A DNA stretch of 48,823 nt from an uncultured bacterium (GCA_965369655.1 CBDUQR010000020.1:1-48823), one strand, 5' to 3'; counted from the first letter of the stretch, positions 27,434-37,266 are shown. Program-made: numbers and translations. Notes: generated by a model from the sequence alone, not told the origin.

Positions 27434-28909
27434 ATGGCTCTCAGAACATACGAGGAGTATCTCGAATCGCTCAGGCAGATGAGACCCAACATGCACAAGT
27501 TCGGTGAACTCATCGAGGATGTCACGACTCATCCAGCCACAAAACGCACAGTCGAAGGGCACGGACAGATTTTCAAAATGCAGCACGATCCGGAGCTCAA
27601 GGATATGGTGACGGTTCAATCTGATCTAATCGATGAGCCGATTTCACGCTATCTGTCCATCATCAAAACCCCGGAAGATCAGATCGCCAATTCGCAGATG
27701 AAACGCCTGATATTCCAGAAGACGGGGACATGTACCGGCGGGCGGTGTGCGGGCTGGACCTCACTCAACGCCATGTATGCCGCAACGTGGGATATGGAAA
27801 ATGATCTCGGCGTAGACTATCATCAGAGATTTATCGAGTGGTTGAAGGACGCCCAGAGGCGTGACATAACTATCTCCGGCGCGCTCACCGACCCGAAGGG
27901 GGACCGCACGAAGAAACCGCATCAGCAGGATGATCCTGATATGAATCTGCGCGTGGTCGAGAAGCGCGACGACGGTATTGTCGTGCGCGGCGCAAAGGTC
28001 ATGATTTGCGGGATCGCAGCCGCGAATGAGGTTTTCGTGCTGCCGGGTTCCGCATACAAAGAGGAAGACAAGGATTACTGTGTCTCGTTCGTCATTCCCC
28101 GCGACGTCGAGGGTTTGACCATCGTCGAGACGCGACATCCGAGCGATGGCCGCGAGATGGAGGAAGGCGTCGGATTCGATACTCCGGTTTCGGAGGGTGG
28201 TATCACACAGGCATACCTGTTTTTCGAGGATGTCTTCGTACCCAAAGAGCGCGTCTTCATGTTAGGCGAATGGAAATATACAGGACCGGCTGTTGTCAAT
28301 TTCATCCTGCCGTACAGATCGGCGATCGGCGGATGTGTGGCGGGACAGGGCGACATCAAGATCGGTTCCGCGTTGCTGACAGCCCGGACCAATGGTCTTG
28401 CGGACAGGGTGTTTTCCGACAAGATCACGAGCATGATTGTCAACAACGAGACGACATTCTCTGTCGGAATAGCGGCGGCGGCGCTCGGGAAGAAGCATCC
28501 GTCGGGCGCATGGCAACCCAATCCGTTGCTGGCGAATGTCAACAAGGTCCATGTTGCGACGCTTCCATACGAGACATCGCGCCTTGCGCAGGATATCGCC
28601 GGCGGCATCGCCGAAACCGGCTGCATGCCATCGGCGGTCGATTTCAACAACCCGGAGTATGGTCATCTCGTGCAGAAATACCTGAAGGCTGCTAAGTCCG
28701 CCGACTCGCGTGTCAAGGCTGCGCGAATGGTCGAGTGGTTGACTGTGGGCGCTGGAGTGCCGGGTTGCATGCACGGCGGCGGTTCACCCGATGGCGCGAA
28801 GATGTTCGTGAGGATGTTCTACAACTCCAACAAAGCCGTCGAGATGGTCAAGAGACTTGCCCAAATAGACGAGGATATCCCGGACCCCGGGAAAAAACCG
28901 AAGAAATAG
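27434..28909 (+). CDS. 4-hydroxybutyryl-CoA dehydratase / 4-hydroxyphenylacetate 3-hydroxylase family protein (divergent)
   Basis: EYLESLR, TDPKGDR..P..Q.DPD, DGIVVRGAK, DVFVPKERVF, QDIAGG, MHGGGSP; AGGAGG RBS. Confidence 0.9.
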   Translation: MALRTYEEYLESLRQMRPNMHKFGELIEDVTTHPATKRTVEGHGQIFKMQHDPELKDMVTVQSDLIDEPISRYLSIIKTPEDQIANSQMKRLIFQKTGTCTGGRCAGWTSLNAMYAATWDMENDLGVDYHQRFIEWLKDAQRRDITISGALTDPKGDRTKKPHQQDDPDMNLRVVEKRDDGIVVRGAKVMICGIAAANEVFVLPGSAYKEEDKDYCVSFVIPRDVEGLTIVETRHPSDGREMEEGVGFDTPVSEGGITQAYLFFEDVFVPKERVFMLGEWKYTGPAVVNFILPYRSAIGGCVAGQGDIKIGSALLTARTNGLADRVFSDKITSMIVNNETTFSVGIAAAALGKKHPSGAWQPNPLLANVNKVHVATLPYETSRLAQDIAGGIAETGCMPSAVDFNNPEYGHLVQKYLKAAKSADSRVKAARMVEWLTVGAGVPGCMHGGGSPDGAKMFVRMFYNSNKAVEMVKRLAQIDEDIPDPGKKPKK

Positions 28910-28913
28910 AGTT

Positions 28914-29426
28914 GTGCCTGACCCTGAACGAATGATCTGTTACGCGCAAATGCAATCGCCCGTTGGCGTGCTTTCCCTTGCCGCAACAGAAAATGGTTTG
29001 TGCAAGGTCTCATTTGAAAAAGATGGGGAGTTCTTTGCGTGGCTTGAGACGTCATTTGCCGGAACCGAAATCGTCGAGGACAGCGATCGATTGAAACCGT
29101 ATATGAAACAGATAGAGGAGTACTTCGATGGCAAACGGACTCGGTTCGATATAGACATCGATCTTGTCGCCGACGGTTTCCGGAGAGATGCGCTTGTTGC
29201 GCTCTCGAGAGTACCATTTGGGAGTACGATTTCGTACAAAGAACTTGCGATAAAGGCGGGAAGTCCTCGCGCTGTGAGAGCGGCGGGAGCGTCGTGCGCT
29301 TCCAATCCACTACCGATTGTCATTCCGTGCCATCGTGTGATCGCATCGAACGGTTCGCTCGCAGGTTTCGGCGGAGGCTTGGATGTGAAGAAATTCCTGC
29401 TCCGGCACGAAGGCGCGATGTTGTAA
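28914..29426 (+). CDS. ogt: Methylated-DNA--protein-cysteine methyltransferase
   Basis: SPVG, YFDG, RAVRAAG, NPLPIVIPCHRV, KKFLL.HE. Confidence 0.93.
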   Translation: MPDPERMICYAQMQSPVGVLSLAATENGLCKVSFEKDGEFFAWLETSFAGTEIVEDSDRLKPYMKQIEEYFDGKRTRFDIDIDLVADGFRRDALVALSRVPFGSTISYKELAIKAGSPRAVRAAGASCASNPLPIVIPCHRVIASNGSLAGFGGGLDVKKFLLRHEGAML

Positions 29427-29457
29427 GAATTAGATTTCATGACAGAAAGGATTAGCG

Positions 29458-30564
29458 ATGGATCCACGAATTGAAAAGCTTGCCGATGTGATGGTCAATT
29501 ACTCGCTTGAACTCAAGCAGGGTGACTGGGTCAGAGTACAGGGTACGCCGAGCGCTATGCCATTTGTCAAGGCGTTCTTCAAGAAGGCAATACTGGCCGG
29601 TGCGAACCCGTTCTATATGTCGGTTGTCGATGACCTTCAGGAGATTTGGCTCAAGAATGCGTCCGATGAGCAGCTCAAGTTCGTGCCAGAGACGCTCAAG
29701 TATGAAGCGGAACACCTTGATGCTCTGATGGCCGTGTTCGGCTACGAGAACACGAAATTCCTGAGTAACACCGATCCGAAAAAGCAGGCTCTCGCGCAGA
29801 TCGCCCGCAAGCCGATATTCGAGAAAATTCTCGAACGCACGTCGAAAGGTGAAATGCGCTGGTGTGGGACAGGGTTTCCTATTCTCTCGGCTGCGCAAGA
29901 TGCCGAGATGTCGCTGACCGAGTATGAGGATTTCGTCTATTCCGCTGGTGCGCTCGATCTCGAAGATCCGGTGTCGCATTGGAAAGAAGTCTCTCGAAAG
30001 CAGGCTGAGATCGCTGAGTTTCTCGAAACGAAGAAGAAGTTCAAGATCGTGTCTGAAGACACCGAACTTGAATTCGATGCCGCAGGCCGCAAGTGGGTCA
30101 ACTGTGATGGTAAACAGAATTTCCCGGATGGCGAGATATTCACAGGCCCGCATGAGAACAGTGTCAACGGCAGGATCAGGTATTCATTCCCGGCATGCTA
30201 CCAGGGCCGTGAAGTCCAGAATGTCTCGCTGACATTCAAGGACGGCAAGGTTGTCGATTTCTCGGCTGACAAGAACAAGGCGTTCCTCGAAGAGATGCTC
30301 AATATGGATGATGGCGCTCGTTATATCGGAGAGATCGCAATTGGCACGAACTACCAGATTCAGCAGTTCACACGAAATACTCTGTTCGACGAGAAGATTG
30401 GTGGTACGTGTCATGTCGCAGTTGGAGCGTCGCTGCCTGAATCGGGTGGCGTCAACAAGTCGGCGCTGCATTGGGACATGGTTTGCGATCTTCGCGATGG
30501 CGGCGAAATCTATGCTGACGATGAGCTGTTCTACAAGGACGGGAAGTTTCTGAAAGAGCTCTAA
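29458..30564 (+). CDS. M29 family aminopeptidase (AmpS/AmpT-like)
   Basis: MDPRIEKLA, NFPDGEIFTGP, GEIAIG, LFDEKIGGTCHVAVG, SALHWDMV. Confidence 0.93.
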   Translation: MDPRIEKLADVMVNYSLELKQGDWVRVQGTPSAMPFVKAFFKKAILAGANPFYMSVVDDLQEIWLKNASDEQLKFVPETLKYEAEHLDALMAVFGYENTKFLSNTDPKKQALAQIARKPIFEKILERTSKGEMRWCGTGFPILSAAQDAEMSLTEYEDFVYSAGALDLEDPVSHWKEVSRKQAEIAEFLETKKKFKIVSEDTELEFDAAGRKWVNCDGKQNFPDGEIFTGPHENSVNGRIRYSFPACYQGREVQNVSLTFKDGKVVDFSADKNKAFLEEMLNMDDGARYIGEIAIGTNYQIQQFTRNTLFDEKIGGTCHVAVGASLPESGGVNKSALHWDMVCDLRDGGEIYADDELFYKDGKFLKEL

Positions 30565-30605
30565 ATGGGTAGCATTAGCACGTAACTCTGGACGCAGGAT
30601 AGGTT

Positions 30606-31643
30606 GTGATGGAAATTGTGGGCAACGAATACTTCTCAACGTTCCGGTTTACTATTGATGGTCGAGTACACATGGGGGAAGTAGCCAAGGCTCAAGTCGA
30701 CAACAATCCAAGATTCTGGCGTTTTTGGTTTTCATATCATCCAAGATATGGGTCCTCACAAGAAACCATGATGTGTAGGGCTGATATCACCTTCAGCTGC
30801 AGTCAGTATACGGATGTTTTTCAAGCTCGGTATGTGCCAATGTACATCATGAATGCTCTGAGAAGAAAGGACTTCTCGGTGAATGAACTGGTGATGTCCT
30901 CTCAGAATATCCACGAATTCCTTCAGCAAGAAGATGTTGAAGCGGATGTTGCTCATAAGATTGTCGGTGAAGAAATCATGACAGTGTCTAAGGAATACCC
31001 TGGTAGTAGTCTGAGAACACACGACATCTGCTATTCAACAGGATTAGGGTTGAATGTTGTGGATCGCGCTATTGATTTCTTTGCCTTGGAAGACATCCTC
31101 AAACGGATGATGTTCCGGTATGAGTTTAGGCTTGGCGAAGGGCAGATACCCAGACTACGCTCTTTGATAGATGACGGCAGCAACAGTATGTCTCCCCGGA
31201 ATAGGTACTTCGGAGAATATGATCTCCCAGACCGAGTCAAATCCCCGTTCGTTTTTGTCTTAATGCCTTTCAATGAAGAGGAGTGTCCACAGGAGTTCTA
31301 TTCTCAAGAACTGAGGCGACACCTTTGGGACATGTTTGGAATTACTTGCGAAAGAGCCGACAATGACAAAGTAATGCGGATTGGCATGGAGAAGATATAC
31401 AACTATATTAAGAAGGCAGATATCATCGTCGCGGAACTGACTTCGAAGAATGCAAACGTGATGTACGAGCTGGGCTTGGCTCAGGGGTTGAGCAAGGAGA
31501 CGGTGATATTTACACGTGATATTAGTTCGCTACCGTTTGACCTGCGCCCTTTCACTGTCATTAAATATGATTCCAGTTGTCTCAAGGAGCGTTGGTGCGA
31601 AGCCCTCAAAGAGCATTTCCCACAGAGGCAATCAGTAGAGTAG
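30606..31643 (+). CDS. Hypothetical protein with C-terminal nucleoside 2-deoxyribosyltransferase-like (TIR-related) domain
   Basis: VFVLMPF, CERAD, ADIIVAELTSKNANVMYELG.A, LPFDL..IKY; more AT-rich than its neighbours. Confidence 0.75.
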   Translation: MMEIVGNEYFSTFRFTIDGRVHMGEVAKAQVDNNPRFWRFWFSYHPRYGSSQETMMCRADITFSCSQYTDVFQARYVPMYIMNALRRKDFSVNELVMSSQNIHEFLQQEDVEADVAHKIVGEEIMTVSKEYPGSSLRTHDICYSTGLGLNVVDRAIDFFALEDILKRMMFRYEFRLGEGQIPRLRSLIDDGSNSMSPRNRYFGEYDLPDRVKSPFVFVLMPFNEEECPQEFYSQELRRHLWDMFGITCERADNDKVMRIGMEKIYNYIKKADIIVAELTSKNANVMYELGLAQGLSKETVIFTRDISSLPFDLRPFTVIKYDSSCLKERWCEALKEHFPQRQSVE

Positions 31644-31750
31644 GCAGAACCACTCCGTTTCACTTCGGGTTCTTCCCTACAGGAATTGATTTGACCTCAG
31701 TGCTCGTCGGGTTGTGCCCCGACGATTGACGCAGAGGCGCAACCTCTGCG
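31640..31750. repeat. GTAG REP-like element (31640-31680) plus two further hairpins (31705-31724, 31730-31750)
   Basis: gtaggcagaacc...ggttcttccctac; cgtcggg..cccgacg; cgcagagg..cctctgcg; located between convergent genes. Confidence 0.65.
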
Positions 31751-31780
31751 AGCACATGTAGAGATGGCATTCGCGTAGGT

Positions 31781-32698
31781 CTAAAACACCGCGAGGTGTG
31801 CCGGGATGTAGTTGTCGAGTCTTCCGAACGGTCTGTTTGTCAAAAGCAGGTTGGTTTCGACTATCGGCATTCCGATTTCAAGAAGCACCTGCATCATCCG
31901 TGTATTTGAGCCGGGGCAATGCAGGGCGATTATCTTCGAGTCAGTTTCGAGAACGCGCGCAATGCAGATACGGGTCATATCCTCGAGATAATCCGGAGTT
32001 ATCGCCGAGATTGGAGCGATAAAACCTGTCTCAGTCGTGACCGCATATCCGACTCGCTTGCGGCCATCGAAGAACAGCAGCAATTCGGTCGTCGAGGAGT
32101 CTATGGCAAACTTGTGTTCCTCCGGTCGCATGAGACCGCGATTTCTTGCGTCGAGCTTGTTGACGAAACCGAGCATACCGTAGTCATCGATCACTTCGAT
32201 CCTGAGATCGCGCTTCGATTTGCCGGGGGTGAGCATGGTTTTGCTGCTGCGCGGCCACCTGAACAGGAGAATCGGCAGAGTCGGAGTCATTCCATAAGAT
32301 GAATAGAGCGCAATCGCCTGCGGGTTGTAGCTGAAAGTGCAGAGCGAGTATGTCGTCACCTCGGTCGGGTCGGCGGTTTTCAGTGTTTTTTCCAGCAGTT
32401 TTCTCCCGATACCGCGTCCCCATTTACCCGGCTTGACAAACAGGAACGCCAGGTACCATTGATGTTCCCGGACCACGGACTGCGCGTAACCGACCATCTG
32501 GTCGCCCATGAATGCGCCGAGGCAGCCATCCGGATCCGTGCGCATCAGGTGAACCATGAACGGCTCCGGCCGGGTGATTCGCACCCTGTGTGGTTTGAAG
32601 TTGTTCTTCCTGCGTAGGGCGTTGAAGCTGCTCATGACCATCCTGTTCGCGTTGGTCATATCTGCTTCTCTGAGCTTTCTGATAGAGAATCTTTGCAT
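31781..32698 (-). CDS. GNAT family N-acetyltransferase (tandem-domain type)
   Basis: WYLAFLFVKPGKWGRGIGRKLL motif A; AIALYSSYG. Confidence 0.85.
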   Translation of the reverse strand: MQRFSIRKLREADMTNANRMVMSSFNALRRKNNFKPHRVRITRPEPFMVHLMRTDPDGCLGAFMGDQMVGYAQSVVREHQWYLAFLFVKPGKWGRGIGRKLLEKTLKTADPTEVTTYSLCTFSYNPQAIALYSSYGMTPTLPILLFRWPRSSKTMLTPGKSKRDLRIEVIDDYGMLGFVNKLDARNRGLMRPEEHKFAIDSSTTELLLFFDGRKRVGYAVTTETGFIAPISAITPDYLEDMTRICIARVLETDSKIIALHCPGSNTRMMQVLLEIGMPIVETNLLLTNRPFGRLDNYIPAHLAVF

Positions 32699-32823
32699 AT
32701 CGCAGAAACAGCGGTGTCGGTCCCTGATAGTCAACAAGAAAGCTGTAAGCAGAGTTTTTGTTTGACTAATACCGGCAATGAGCGTTTCTTAACTTTATTA
32801 TACTGTTTTGGTGGTGTTACATC

Positions 32824-33345
32824 ATGAATTCGCTTCTCAGTAGTAACGTGCTGGTACTTAACCAGAATTATGAACCGCTGTCTGTCTGCACTGTCAGGCG
32901 AGCTGTCGTGATGATGTTTCTGGGTAAGGCTGAAGCGATCGAGAATCACGACGGCAAACGCATCAGATCGGTGTCCACCAGTCTGCGGGTGCCGTCCATA
33001 GTAAAGCTTGGCGCTTACGCCAGAGTACCGCGCAAGAAAGTCATTCTCACGCGCAAGAACATCATCAAGCGCGATAACGGTCAATGTATGTACTGTGGAA
33101 CGTTCGATGGGTCGATGACGGTGGACCATGTGGTACCGAAACGTTATGCAGGAGCGGACACATGGGAGAACCTGGTCTGCGCCTGTCTGAAATGCAACAA
33201 CAAGAAAGGGAACAGGACGCCTGAGCAGGCGGGAATGCAACTGCTGCGTAGGCCGAGGCGACCGAATCATATCATGTTCATCCAGCATTTTGTGGGCGTC
33301 AGCGACAGACGCTGGAGACCATACCTGTTCCTTGGGGAGAACTGA
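32824..33345 (+). CDS. HNH endonuclease (McrA-like)
   Basis: VLVLNQNYEPL, RDNGQCMYCG, TVDHVVP, WENLVCAC..CNNKK. Confidence 0.92.
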   Translation: MNSLLSSNVLVLNQNYEPLSVCTVRRAVVMMFLGKAEAIENHDGKRIRSVSTSLRVPSIVKLGAYARVPRKKVILTRKNIIKRDNGQCMYCGTFDGSMTVDHVVPKRYAGADTWENLVCACLKCNNKKGNRTPEQAGMQLLRRPRRPNHIMFIQHFVGVSDRRWRPYLFLGEN

Positions 33346-33350
33346 TCAAT

Positions 33351-34334
33351 ATGTCCAGAAAGATAATCTTAAGCGGCATGCAGCCGACGGGCGATCTGCA
33401 TCTCGGAAACTACGAAGGCGCGCTCAAGAACTGGGTGAACCTCCAGGACGACTTCGACATGTACTGCTGCATCGTGGACTGGCACGCCCTGACGTCCGAT
33501 TTCGATGACACGGCCGAGTTGAAGAATCGGATTTTTGAAATGGCTGTCGACTTCCTCGCATCCGGTCTCGATGGAAACAAGTGCGCGATATTCATCCAGT
33601 CGCAGGTCAAGGAGCACGCGGAACTGCATCTCCTGTTCAGCATGATCATACCGATCCCCTGGCTGGAACGGGTGCCGTCGTACAAAGAGAAATCTCAGTC
33701 GCTCGGTCTTGATTCGTACGGTTTTCTCGGGTATCCTTTGCTGCAGGCAGCCGATATATTGATCTACAGGGCTGACTTCGTTCCTGTCGGCAAAGACCAG
33801 TTGCCTCACATCGAATTGACGAGAGAAGTTGCGCGCAGATTCAACAGTTTCTATGGGAACGTCTTCCCTGAACCACAGGCGAAGCTGACGGAATTTGCAG
33901 ACGTTCCCGGCACCGACGGTCGTAAGATGAGCAAGTCGTATGAGAATGTGATTGCCCTTGCGGACACCTCTGAGGAAACCGCCGGGAAGATCAAGACGAT
34001 GTTCACCGACCCCGAGAAATTGCGGATGGGCGATCCGGGTCATCCGGAGACATGTCCTGTCTATGCGCTGCACAAAGTCTATACCAATCAGGGCCTCAAT
34101 GAAATCGCCGAGAAATGCCGCTCCGGAGAACTTGGATGTGTGGCGGACAAGAAACATCTGATCGAGTCGATCAACAGTGTTCTTGCTCCGATCCGTGAGA
34201 AGCGCGATGATCTGATTGCCCACCCGGATGATGTCTGGGATGTGCTCAGGGACGGCGCGAATCGCGCGAGGGAACGGGCGGTCGAGACGATGGATGTGGT
34301 CCGATCTGCGATGAGGATAACATATGACTCATGA
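33351..34334 (+). CDS. trpS: Tryptophan--tRNA ligase
   Basis: SGMQPTG.LHLGNY, YPLLQAADI, VPVGKDQ, KMSKS. Confidence 0.97.
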   Translation: MSRKIILSGMQPTGDLHLGNYEGALKNWVNLQDDFDMYCCIVDWHALTSDFDDTAELKNRIFEMAVDFLASGLDGNKCAIFIQSQVKEHAELHLLFSMIIPIPWLERVPSYKEKSQSLGLDSYGFLGYPLLQAADILIYRADFVPVGKDQLPHIELTREVARRFNSFYGNVFPEPQAKLTEFADVPGTDGRKMSKSYENVIALADTSEETAGKIKTMFTDPEKLRMGDPGHPETCPVYALHKVYTNQGLNEIAEKCRSGELGCVADKKHLIESINSVLAPIREKRDDLIAHPDDVWDVLRDGANRARERAVETMDVVRSAMRITYDS

Positions 34335-35088
34335 GGAACTGTTTGCGATAGACCCTGTGTCGGGCGAAGAGTCTACATCGTATTCTGTCCGGCTGGAGAA
34401 GTTCGAGGGACCGCTCGATCTGCTCCTCTACCTGATTCGTAAGAACGAAATCGACATCTACGATATCCCCATCGCCAGAATCACGAGCCAGTATCTCGAA
34501 TACATTAATCTGATGCGCATGCTCGATCTGGATGTGGCGGGCGAATTCATAATGATGGCCGCTACTCTGATCAGGGTGAAAGCCAGGCTCCTGTTGCCGC
34601 GCCAGACGGATGATTTCGAGGAGGACCCTCGGGAGGAATTGATCCTTGCGCTACTCGAATACAAGAAGTTCAGGGAAGCCTCCGGGATACTCCATTCACG
34701 CGAGACCAAAGAGCGGGATATTCTCAAGCGATCGGATTTCAGCATCGTCGATACCAGTCCATCCGAGGCGTTTGTCCTCGAGGCAACCGTATTCGACCTG
34801 CTGACGGCGTTCAAGAGGGTCATGGAGGACTACGGTCGCGAGGCACAGCATCATGTCAGGCGGGAAGATGTAAAGGTCGAAGAGCAGATGGAGCGCATTA
34901 TTGAAATGCTCGAAGGTACGGATGGGATCGAATTCGACGAGATATTTTTGGAACGACCATTCCGACTGCTCCTGATAGTGACATTCATTGCGGTGCTTGA
35001 ATTGATAAAACAGAACAGGATTTTCGCTCGTCAGTCCGTGGATTTTGGCGGAATCAGGATTTACATCAGGGAGATGGCTAATGACTGA
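34324..35088 (+). CDS. scpA: Segregation/condensation protein A
   Basis: FEGPLDLLLYLI, IDIYDIPI..IT.QY, TFIAVLEL. Confidence 0.95.
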   Translation: MTHEELFAIDPVSGEESTSYSVRLEKFEGPLDLLLYLIRKNEIDIYDIPIARITSQYLEYINLMRMLDLDVAGEFIMMAATLIRVKARLLLPRQTDDFEEDPREELILALLEYKKFREASGILHSRETKERDILKRSDFSIVDTSPSEAFVLEATVFDLLTAFKRVMEDYGREAQHHVRREDVKVEEQMERIIEMLEGTDGIEFDEIFLERPFRLLLIVTFIAVLELIKQNRIFARQSVDFGGIRIYIREMAND

Positions 35089-35746
35089 GGAAATGCAGCA
35101 GGACGAGCGACTGATTCTATTCGAAGCTCTGCTCTTCGCTTCCGAACGCCCGCTGTCGCCCAAGAGAATCATTCAGTTTCTCGGCAAGTCGGCAAAGACT
35201 GATCTGCCGAAGCTTGTGGAGAAACTCAATGACAGCTTCGCGGAGTCGGGACGATCATTTCGGATACGCGAAATCGCCGGCGGGTACCAGTTGTATCTCA
35301 TGCCGACCTATGCCAGGGCGGTGGAGAAATTCCTCAAAAAGCAGAGAGAGAGGCGTCTGTCGCAGGCTGCGCTGGAAACGCTGGCCGTGATTGCCTACAA
35401 GCAGCCGGTTTCCAGATCTGATATAGAGCATGTGCGGGGCGTCAACTCCGACGGTGTGCTCGCCTCGCTTCTGGAGCGGAAACTGACCGCCATTGTAGGA
35501 CGGTCGCAGAAAGTCGGGCGGCCTCTGCTATATGGCACTACCAACAGATTCCTTGAATACTTCGGATTGAATACTCTCGAGGAGCTGCCGAGGCTGGATG
35601 AACTGGTGCTCCCGGAGGATGAAACCACAGGTGAAAATCAGGTGGAGCTGGAACTTGGGGGCGAAAACGAGTCAGACATCAACGAGTTGGAGGCTCCTGA
35701 ACTCGACGAGATTCCCGCACATTCCGATAAGAATTCCCCGGTTTGA
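35081..35746 (+). CDS. scpB: SMC-Scp complex subunit ScpB
   Basis: EALLFAS, LSQAALETLAVIAYKQP, RGVNS, GRPLLYGTT..FL..FGL. Confidence 0.95.
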   Translation: MTEEMQQDERLILFEALLFASERPLSPKRIIQFLGKSAKTDLPKLVEKLNDSFAESGRSFRIREIAGGYQLYLMPTYARAVEKFLKKQRERRLSQAALETLAVIAYKQPVSRSDIEHVRGVNSDGVLASLLERKLTAIVGRSQKVGRPLLYGTTNRFLEYFGLNTLEELPRLDELVLPEDETTGENQVELELGGENESDINELEAPELDEIPAHSDKNSPV

Positions 35747-35792
35747 TCCGATCTGAAATAGTAAGCGCTATTAGCGACGAGATCGGTAACCA

Positions 35793-36515
35793 ATGATGAG
35801 ACTGAACAAATACTTATCCAAATGCGGAGTTGCGTCAAGGCGCCACGCCGACAAATTGATAGAGCAGGGCAGAGTTACGATCAATGGGAACAAGGTCTCT
35901 GAACTGGGAGTAATCATAGATGATCTGTCCGACCAGATACAGGTCGATGGCAAACCGGTTAGCCTGCCTCCCGAGCCGGTCTATATTCTCCTGAACAAGC
36001 CGAAAGGCTATATTACGAGCTTAAGAGATGAGTTTGGCCGCAAAACGGTTACGACATTGATCAAGAATGTCGGTCAACGTGTGTTTCCTGTCGGCAGACT
36101 TGATCTTGACACCGAAGGTGTGCTGTTGCTTACCGACGATGGTGAACTGGCATACAGACTTACGCATCCCAGGTTCGGGATTCGGAAGGTCTACCATGTC
36201 ACAGTGAAGGGAGAATTCCCCGTCGAGTTGGTAGCCAGGTTTGAGGAGGGAGTGAAGCTCGAAGACGGTTTCGTGGCGACTGCCAAAGCCAAGCTGGTGA
36301 ATTCGCAGGCGAAAATGTCGACTCTTACACTCGAACTGACCGAGGGGCGTAAGAGAGAGGTACGGAGAATGTGTAAGACCCTGGGATTTCCGGTACTGCA
36401 ACTTTGCCGCACCAAGTTCGCGGATCTTTCCTGTGATGGAATGAGGTCCGGTACCTGGCGTTTTCTCAGCAGAAAAGAGATCGACAAGCTCAAGAGAAAA
36501 GTAGCTCTCGATTGA
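35793..36515 (+). CDS. rluB: rRNA pseudouridine synthase (RluB/RsuA family)
   Basis: MRLNKYLS..GVASRR, VGRLD.DTEG, EGRKREVRRM; position after scpB. Confidence 0.88.
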   Translation: MMRLNKYLSKCGVASRRHADKLIEQGRVTINGNKVSELGVIIDDLSDQIQVDGKPVSLPPEPVYILLNKPKGYITSLRDEFGRKTVTTLIKNVGQRVFPVGRLDLDTEGVLLLTDDGELAYRLTHPRFGIRKVYHVTVKGEFPVELVARFEEGVKLEDGFVATAKAKLVNSQAKMSTLTLELTEGRKREVRRMCKTLGFPVLQLCRTKFADLSCDGMRSGTWRFLSRKEIDKLKRKVALD

Positions 36516-36582
36516 TTTCCCCCTTGCCTTTTGTCATCCCTGCATATTCATATACTCCTATTTTGTGAGCGGACATGCTTAT

Positions 36583-37266
36583 ATGAGTAACAGAGTCATT
36601 GCGATCGATGGTCCTGCCGGTTCAGGCAAGTCTACCACCGCTCGTCTGGTGGCCGAAAAGCTCGGTTTTGTTTACCTGGATACAGGCGCGATGTACCGGA
36701 GTGTTACGCTGATTGCCCTCAGGAATGAAATATCTCCTTCGGACGGCGTTGCTTTGACCGCGCTTGCAGACCGGATCGATATCGAGTTCAGGCATGAAAA
36801 CGGCGCTCAAAGGACATTTGTCGACGGGGAGGACGTCACCGATGCGATACGAACGCCCGAGGTGACCGCCGCCGTGTCTGAGGTCTCAGCGCATGCGGGC
36901 GTGCGCGCCGTCCTGGTGAAGAGGCAGCAGGAATATGCGCAGAAATCGGATCTCGTGACGGAGGGGCGCGACACTACAAGCGTCGTTTTTCCCGATGCTT
37001 TCCTCAAGATATATCTCGTGGCCGATGTTTCTGAGAGAGCCAGGAGACGCGTCAAAGACTACGAGAGAATCGACAGAAATACATCTTTAGAAAAACAGGT
37101 TGCCGACATCGAGAGGCGTGACCGGTACGATTCCTCTCGAAGCGCGAGTCCGCTCAGACAGACACACGACGCAATCGAATTGGATACAACGCACCTGACA
37201 ATCGATGGGCAGGCGGAGAAAGTTGTCGAACTGTTCAGGAAAAGGACTCAGGAGTCGGGACTGTGA
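36583..37266 (+). CDS. cmk: Cytidylate kinase
   Basis: IAIDGPAGSGKST, LDTGAMYR, EGRD, RD..DSSR..SPL. Confidence 0.96.
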   Translation: MSNRVIAIDGPAGSGKSTTARLVAEKLGFVYLDTGAMYRSVTLIALRNEISPSDGVALTALADRIDIEFRHENGAQRTFVDGEDVTDAIRTPEVTAAVSEVSAHAGVRAVLVKRQQEYAQKSDLVTEGRDTTSVVFPDAFLKIYLVADVSERARRRVKDYERIDRNTSLEKQVADIERRDRYDSSRSASPLRQTHDAIELDTTHLTIDGQAEKVVELFRKRTQESGL

